DNA of 64,000 nucleotides from a virus (Duplodnaviria > Caudoviricetes). The notes beneath the pieces are model-generated. The model saw nothing but the letters and a program-made list of their open reading frames with translations, searched no databases and was not told the DNA's origin. The stretch spans positions 2,135-66,134 of the IMG/VR virus record IMGVR_UViG_3300046788_000091. One strand, written 5' to 3'. The stretch's first letter is position 1, and each line of letters begins with the position of its first letter. The position numbers were made by a program, and so were the translations under genes. Below, one piece after another: positions 58,336 through 64,000 of the stretch.

Positions 58336-58839
58336 ATGTCAATCTCAAATAAGAAGCTACTTAAAAAGTTTTTGCAGTCTGTACAGAAGCCCTCTACCGA
58401 GGATCGTGAAACTCGCGCTTTCATCGAGGCTTGGAACGCGGCGGGATCTCACTATGAGATTGCGAAAAAGCTAGGATGGACGCGGCAAAAGGTCCGAGAT
58501 AGGGCGAAATATCTCAGGAGGCAAGGGACGCCCCTAAAGTGGTTTCAGAAGCATAACGAGCCCCAGACGGCTAAGAAGCTGTCTCCCCGTCCCACCTACG
58601 CGGTGGAGTACGATGTAGACATGCCGGAGATTAGGAATCGCTACCCGTTTGCCGAGATGCGCACCGGGGGATCTTTTGAGATCGAGGGGGAGACAGAAGC
58701 GCGCAAGGTTCGCAATGCCGCGTATCAGTACGCACGTAAGGTGAATACTGAAGATAAGAGTAATAATTACGCTTTCGCTCTTCGCAACGTGGGAAATCGA
58801 GGAGGCGCTAAGATCTTCCGTCTTTGGAGGATCAAGTAA
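58336..58839 (+). CDS. HTH protein fused to YPFxxMxxGGSF domain
   Basis: SHYEIAKKLGWTRQKVRDRAKYLR HTH; C-terminal paralog of 45891-46163. Confidence 0.6.
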   Translation: MSISNKKLLKKFLQSVQKPSTEDRETRAFIEAWNAAGSHYEIAKKLGWTRQKVRDRAKYLRRQGTPLKWFQKHNEPQTAKKLSPRPTYAVEYDVDMPEIRNRYPFAEMRTGGSFEIEGETEARKVRNAAYQYARKVNTEDKSNNYAFALRNVGNRGGAKIFRLWRIK

Positions 58840-58840
58840 C

Positions 58841-59404
58841 ATGTCTATCTTTGAAGAAACTGTGTTAGATCCGTTTAGTAAGGACTTTGAGGCCGGAAAG
58901 CGCTATATGGTCCGCTATCGCGGTCTTTTGAAGAGCCAGAAAGAACTGGATTACGATTTCGGCCAATTCTTTTCCGATCTTCGGTCGGAGTGGAATAATA
59001 AGGGTGAAGCCGGAGATAAGGGATTCTGTTGGTGGGTTGGAGAAAAGCTCAATCTTACCCACAGCGAGATCCGAGACTGTCTTATTCGGGCGCGGGCCTT
59101 TAAGACCGTTGCTCCGGCTCACCCCGCGCAAATGGCTGCGCTCGGGGGTAGAAAGCAAGCTGAAAAAGTGCTTAACCTTCCAGCACCCGATCGAAGCAGG
59201 GTGATTTCTCACGCGAAAACTCAGAATATCACTCTTGACGCGGCTACTAGGATTGTGGCACCTCACTGCGTACCCGCCCCCGCACCCACACATACGGGAG
59301 CGGAAACCTACAAGATGCATTGTAGAGCGATGGCTAAGCATCTAGACGAATCGGGGGAGATTCTTCCAAAGAACATTCAGGTGATTGTGAGTAAATATCT
59401 ATGA
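58841..59404 (+). CDS. Hypothetical protein
   Basis: 187 aa, coupled. Confidence 0.5.
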   Translation: MSIFEETVLDPFSKDFEAGKRYMVRYRGLLKSQKELDYDFGQFFSDLRSEWNNKGEAGDKGFCWWVGEKLNLTHSEIRDCLIRARAFKTVAPAHPAQMAALGGRKQAEKVLNLPAPDRSRVISHAKTQNITLDAATRIVAPHCVPAPAPTHTGAETYKMHCRAMAKHLDESGEILPKNIQVIVSKYL

Positions 59405-59780
59405 GATCTCTATATGAACCGCTAGATCACAAAATCCGTGCCGCTATACACCGCAAAGCCGCAGAGGAGTGCCAGAAAGCGGGATATCCGACGATGGCGC
59501 GTGTAAATTTAGAAATGGCTGAATTCTTGGATCCCCCCGTCACTGAAGAAGACTATTATTAGTCTTGACAAATTTTTGGAGAGCACTAAGATTATACGCG
59601 TACCCCGATGAAAAAGATTTGCTCCAAAAAAGTTCATAGCGCTATGAAGCGTTTTCCTTTGCTCTGGCAATCGCTGGAGTATGTAGGCAAAATGGACAGT
59701 GGACTTGAGGGGATTTATCTAGAACTCCGTAATTGCAGGTGTGGTAGCACGCTGGCGATTGAGCTGGCAGAAAAAGACGC

Positions 59781-61049
59781 ATGAGCAACAAAAGTCATCC
59801 GCAACTAGATCGTTGTTATGATCTCGCACTTCGTGGATCATGGTCGCACCCATTCTACTTGATCCCGCTCGGACATTGTGAATGGTTCGAGGGAGATCCT
59901 AAAGAGACAGAAACTATGGCCGTACACACCCGTCTTACCAAAGACGGAGGCGAGCAAAAGCCCGAGATACAGTTACATATCAACACTGACTGGGTTGCGG
60001 GTTTGCCTGATGATCAGGTCTTTGGTGTGCTTGCCCATGAGATTCTGCACGCACTCTTGAGGCACCATGAACGCTCCGGGGGCAAGAATCTGGAGACTTG
60101 GGGCTGTGCGGCAGATATGGCGATCAATTCTGCTCTTGTATCTTCTAATATCAAATTGCCTCCATCTGGTTTGTTGCCCCCGAGAGAGCATTGGGAAGAC
60201 TCGGCCGAAGAGCTTTACGAGCTTCTGGACAAAGAAGAAATCCCCAAGCCCAAGAATTACAGCCCGGGCAAAGCCGGCCAGGGGTGCATGCCTCAGAAGG
60301 GTGCTCCCGGCCAGGGGTGCATGCCTCAGAAGGGTGCTCCCGGCCAGGGCGAGGGCCAAGGCGAGGGCCAAGGCGAGGGAACCGAGCGTGCTTGGGGCGA
60401 AATGCTCGCACAAGCCCAGGTGCACGCGCGGGGTACTGGTAGTGCCAAGGCTCTCGCTAGGCTTTTCAAGCCTAAGCCTATTAAGACGCAATGGGCTAAG
60501 CTCTTGAATAAGATCGCCAGGAGAGCTAATGCACGCGGGGGGCGTGATAATCAGACGTGGTCTAGAATTAACCGCCGGAGCTTCGAAGGTGATTTTATTC
60601 TTCCCGGTTGGCAGTCTAACCGCCCGGCTATTGCTGCGATTATCGACTCTTCCGGCTCTGTCAGTGACGAAATGCTCCGGGCAAGCATCACCAGTGTGAT
60701 TGAATGCGTGAAGTTCTCTGGAGTCAGGTGTTATCTGGCTCTCCATGATGGTGAATGCTATTACTCAGACTGGATCCGGCCAGAGACGAGCGTAGAATCT
60801 CTCAGCAAACTCTGCGGCCAGCGCGGAGGTACTGATCCTAAAGGCGCGTTTGAGGCTATCAGTAACGCTAAAGGTCGTTTTGATGCGTGCGTTTATCTTA
60901 CGGACGGCGAAGTAGGGACTTATCCTGACAAGCCTTTGAATACTAAGCGTATGATCGTAGGCATCGTAGGAGATCATCAAAGTTCTTATCGCGCTAAGTG
61001 CCCGGACGGATGGCAGGAATTAGATGTAGAAGTGGAAATTAGTGAGTGA
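59781..61049 (+). CDS. HExxH metallopeptidase-like domain plus VWA domain (DUF2201-like)
   Basis: VLAHEILHALLRH..AADMAIN; IIDSSGS MIDAS, GGTD, YLTDG. Confidence 0.85.
   Translation: MSNKSHPQLDRCYDLALRGSWSHPFYLIPLGHCEWFEGDPKETETMAVHTRLTKDGGEQKPEIQLHINTDWVAGLPDDQVFGVLAHEILHALLRHHERSGGKNLETWGCAADMAINSALVSSNIKLPPSGLLPPREHWEDSAEELYELLDKEEIPKPKNYSPGKAGQGCMPQKGAPGQGCMPQKGAPGQGEGQGEGQGEGTERAWGEMLAQAQVHARGTGSAKALARLFKPKPIKTQWAKLLNKIARRANARGGRDNQTWSRINRRSFEGDFILPGWQSNRPAIAAIIDSSGSVSDEMLRASITSVIECVKFSGVRCYLALHDGECYYSDWIRPETSVESLSKLCGQRGGTDPKGAFEAISNAKGRFDACVYLTDGEVGTYPDKPLNTKRMIVGIVGDHQSSYRAKCPDGWQELDVEVEISE
60274..60378 (+). repeat. 33-bp tandem repeat (GQGCMPQKGAP, 2+ copies) followed by 12-bp GEGQ repeats in the VWA gene linker
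   Basis: CCGGCCAGGG at 60274, 60307 and 60340. Confidence 0.9.
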
Positions 61050-61227
61050 TCCTAAACTAAAGTGGCGCCGTAAGATGGCCAAAGAGATAGCTGCGGAGTT
61101 TAAACGGTCTTCGTATTGGCTAAGCCCTTGTCAGTGCTCTCACCATAAATCTTACAAAGCCGGATATCTTCAGGCTCTGAAAGACTTAGGAATGTTTCTA
61201 GATGAGCAAGATACTACAGAAACTTAG
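61042..61227 (+). CDS. Small hypothetical protein
   Basis: 61 aa, coupled to VWA gene. Confidence 0.4.
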   Translation: MSDPKLKWRRKMAKEIAAEFKRSSYWLSPCQCSHHKSYKAGYLQALKDLGMFLDEQDTTET

Positions 61228-61299
61228 AGTTCATACGACTAATCAACCTCCTGTTTTGGGCACGGTCAAGTGCTTCGCCTCTCCAACATGTGGTGATAT

Positions 61300-62052
61300 A
61301 TGATCCAAGATATTATCAAGCCCTTGAACCTAGCTCGCGGTTTCTTCTTCAAGACGGAGTTTAGTGCAACCGGAGGCGTCAAGTATCGGCGCATGGGAGA
61401 AGAGACCCAAGAGAAACGCGAAGACGAATCTATGACAGCTGAATGGGCCACGCGCAAAGACGTGGACCACGTGGGCTTGATGACGTGGTCACGTAGAATT
61501 GTCAACATGGCGTACAACATCATGGAAAAGCATTGTAGCCAGACGCCTATCGGCTATTGGATTTCCGAAGCGCGTGCTCCAAAGGTTCTAGAAGAGTTAG
61601 CAGGAGTCAAGATGGAGGCTCGTAAGCTGAATGATTTTGCTAAGACCGTGCGGTCTTTGCGCCGCGTGACGATAGAAGTCTACGCTACCCAAGTAGGACA
61701 GGAAGACATGGAAAAAGCGGCTGTGCGGCTTGCTGAGACCGTGCGCGAGCGTTTGGGGTCTCTCCGAGAAGATCTCTTCCGTGGCGATCTCAACGCGTAC
61801 GCTACTTCGTGGAAGCGCGCGAAGAATATCAATCGCCTGGCTACCGGAATTCAGGCGGAAACAGTGGTGATGGCTCTAGAAGCTGCTAAAGAAGCGCGCA
61901 AGGCGCTAGCAGAGAAGCTCGGAGACAAGATGTCACCTGAGCGAGCCGGAGGCGAGCTTAATCTAGACATGCTTGACAGCGCGATAGTGTTGTTTACAGA
62001 TAATGTAAACGGAACTCAGGCCAGTGTTGAAGACTCTGAAATCGCTGCCTAA
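61300..62052 (+). CDS. Helical hypothetical protein, possibly the partner often found with phage MoxR/VWA pairs
   Basis: 250 aa, charged helical; context. Confidence 0.55.
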   Translation: MIQDIIKPLNLARGFFFKTEFSATGGVKYRRMGEETQEKREDESMTAEWATRKDVDHVGLMTWSRRIVNMAYNIMEKHCSQTPIGYWISEARAPKVLEELAGVKMEARKLNDFAKTVRSLRRVTIEVYATQVGQEDMEKAAVRLAETVRERLGSLREDLFRGDLNAYATSWKRAKNINRLATGIQAETVVMALEAAKEARKALAEKLGDKMSPERAGGELNLDMLDSAIVLFTDNVNGTQASVEDSEIAA

Positions 62053-62064
62053 TATAGGCGTGGA

Positions 62065-62502
62065 ATGCCCTCAGACGAATATACATATAATATCAAATTC
62101 TGGCCTACACAGGTTCATCGTATAGGGGAGGGCAATATATCGTATGACTTCACTAGATATCGCTTCGGTCAGTGTATTAAGTCCTATGCGCATCTGGGTG
62201 AATTGCGAAAACAGAAGAAAAGGCCTAATAAAGAGGTTTTCTATATTTGGGTACATGCACTTAACGAAAATAAATATGTCTTGCGTTCTATTGTTAACTG
62301 CACTGATGATCAGTTGATAGATTCTATTAGGCGATGCGGAGAATACGTCGAATCACAAAGGGTTAACAGGATAGAGGGCGAAGTTGTATTAGATATTCTA
62401 TACACTGAACTTGCCCGTAGGAGCGAACATGCGCGATCTCTCAAAGACGAAAGTAATCCGCCAGTTGGAGACTCGGAACGAGATTCCGTTGATACAGTTT
62501 AG
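62065..62502 (+). CDS. Hypothetical protein, paralog A
   Basis: C-terminal GEYVESQRV..EVVLDILYTELARR. Confidence 0.5.
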   Translation: MPSDEYTYNIKFWPTQVHRIGEGNISYDFTRYRFGQCIKSYAHLGELRKQKKRPNKEVFYIWVHALNENKYVLRSIVNCTDDQLIDSIRRCGEYVESQRVNRIEGEVVLDILYTELARRSEHARSLKDESNPPVGDSERDSVDTV

Positions 62503-62740
62503 AATTGGCAAGCGTAAAGCGGAGTATGTGTGCTGGATGATGGAAAGACCCTACAGTATGCTCAGAGATAACAAATCCACATATGCCCCTCTAGATCTTC
62601 GGGATATCCGTATGTGCGAGCTCCGCAAAGCGGCCCAGCAAGTGGGCACTTATCTCGAAGAAGACAAAGTAAGCCAAGCTATCGCCGAAGAAGTGTTAGA
62701 TTTGATATACGCTGAGCTTAATAGGAGATTTAGTAAATGA
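62429..62740 (+). CDS. Hypothetical protein, paralog B
   Basis: AGGAG SD, MRDLSKT start; C-terminal GTYLEEDKV..EEVLDLIYAELNRR. Confidence 0.5.
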   Translation: MRDLSKTKVIRQLETRNEIPLIQFRIGKRKAEYVCWMMERPYSMLRDNKSTYAPLDLRDIRMCELRKAAQQVGTYLEEDKVSQAIAEEVLDLIYAELNRRFSK

Positions 62741-62833
62741 GCGGCTGGCATGTTTTTTCATATATTCTAGGCGCTTTTTCTTGTATTTGCGTATTAGGAT
62801 GGCGCACGTACAAAAACCCTGATAGAGACGAAG

Positions 62834-63130
62834 ATGACGGCATATGCTGGGAAGATGAAGACACGGAGGTTTATGTCAGACTTCAAGATCGAAAAGAACA
62901 TAGTTAAGTCTGAGTTTCTTGGTCTGGGCTCGGTAATAGAGGGCGGTTCGATTCCACCCCCAGACCCTATTAAGCGCGGTAGGCCTAAAGTAGACAAAAA
63001 CTTCCCCTGTATAGGGGAATGTACGCATTATTTGGATTGTTGGCTCGAAAAGGGACTAGCTCTTCCCGATTGGATAGCTATCCCGGACGTACCCCAAGAA
63101 ATTATGGACTTAGATCCTATCCCTGAGTAA
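62834..63130 (+). CDS. Hypothetical protein
   Basis: 98 aa; KRGRPK AT-hook-like motif. Confidence 0.4.
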   Translation: MTAYAGKMKTRRFMSDFKIEKNIVKSEFLGLGSVIEGGSIPPPDPIKRGRPKVDKNFPCIGECTHYLDCWLEKGLALPDWIAIPDVPQEIMDLDPIPE

Positions 63131-63338
63131 TCTAACTTTATGGCGGATTTTGAAAGCATTATCACCCAAGTAATCCCTCTTGAGAATATGTTCGAGGCTC
63201 GCGAGCGTGCTAAGCCAGCTCATGTCTATCAGAATTACGTAGACTCCGAAGACGCTGGCTTCCGCCCGGCCGGCTCGAACCGTCCGACCTTGGATATGTT
63301 GCCGTTGAAGCGTTAGACCGGGTAAACTCGGGCTCCCC

Positions 63339-63836
63339 ATGGCACGCCCCCTCAGTAAAAAGTTCACTAAATACGATGACTTAAAGCCTCGCTTGGATCT
63401 CTTGCCCCCGTGGGCGATTGAGATTATCGGGTATGGTCTCAGGCATGGAGCAATTAAGTACGCTCCTGGCAACTGGGCCAAATGTAAAGACCCGTCTCGT
63501 TATATTGCTGCTATGTTGAGGCACCTAATGGCGCATCAAAAGGGCGAATTCACTGATTTAGAGTCCGGTATTCCGCACATAGCTGCGGCTGTTACATCGG
63601 GTCTATTCGCACTTGATTTGTATGCCCGAGGAGTGCAAGATAGAACTATGCTTGGATTATACTTCGCAATAGTTAAGCGCACTTCGAAGAGATCTGGCTT
63701 GATTATTAAGAGATTCAAGAGCTTTGAAAAAGCCTGGGCCTGGCTAGTCGCCCAAGGGCTTGATCTTGAAAAGTTTTTAGTAAAGTCTGTCCCGGCATGT
63801 GAAAAGACAGGGCATAGGACTGTACTTAATGGATAA
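63339..63836 (+). CDS. dATP/dGTP diphosphohydrolase domain protein (DUF5664-type)
   Basis: KYDDLKPRLDLLP..GAIKYAPGNW..AMLRHL..DLESGIPHIAAA. Confidence 0.85.
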   Translation: MARPLSKKFTKYDDLKPRLDLLPPWAIEIIGYGLRHGAIKYAPGNWAKCKDPSRYIAAMLRHLMAHQKGEFTDLESGIPHIAAAVTSGLFALDLYARGVQDRTMLGLYFAIVKRTSKRSGLIIKRFKSFEKAWAWLVAQGLDLEKFLVKSVPACEKTGHRTVLNG

Positions 63837-64000
63837 TAGTAATAAGGCACCTGCTTACGATCTTCGCGCCACGAAACTCGATGTTGTGAGATCGCTTTTC
63901 GAGACGTACCACGGCTACAAGTCTGTATCGAGTTCTGCAACGTATGTGTTCGCCGTGTTTGAGGACGATAAGCCTGTCGCCGCGTACGCTTGGCAACCCC
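63829..64000 (+). CDS. Partial ORF, possibly Mom-like/GNAT DNA modification protein (truncated by window edge)
   Basis: MDNSNKAPAYDLRATKLDVVRSLFETYHGYKSVSSSATYVFAVFEDDKPVAAYAWQP; resembles the Mom-family F..H Y..FG.F....VG...P pattern. Confidence 0.4.
   Translation, partial: MDNSNKAPAYDLRATKLDVVRSLFETYHGYKSVSSSATYVFAVFEDDKPVAAYAWQP

Overview
This window is most of the genome of a tailed dsDNA phage with a contractile tail (myovirus morphotype), arranged as two divergent arms. The minus-strand arm (about 1-33,855) is the late module: endolysin, baseplate and tail, tape measure, frameshifted tail chaperone, tube, sheath, neck, major capsid, scaffold, Mu-gpF-like protein, portal and terminase. 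It also carries accessory insertions: HNH and EndoVII endonucleases, a collagen-like fibre gene split at a C7 tract, a metallophosphoesterase and an opposite-strand moron. A non-coding divergence region with a 57-bp tandem repeat (about 33,900-34,480) separates the arms. The plus-strand arm (34,482-64,000) holds replication and modification genes: primase-helicase, Dam-like MTase, MazG-like pyrophosphatase, Cas4-like exonuclease, SF2 helicase, SSB, family A polymerase, RuvC, a two-frame C5 MTase, MoxR/VWA, a dATP/dGTP diphosphohydrolase and a possible Mom-like gene cut by the window edge. It also encodes three tRNAs. The most striking unexplained element lies among the first early genes: three cassettes with near-invariant ends around fully diversified (Gly-X) arrays of almost fixed length (41, 42 and 42 units), interleaved with a DUF6948-like gene. 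Other highlights are a long-variable-arm tRNA with a UAU anticodon, a tRNA-Asn-like mimic, a shared RNA leader motif on the capsid and sheath genes, and a late-promoter class with many leaderless genes. All protein assignments come from motif recognition and synteny by eye; no database searches were run.
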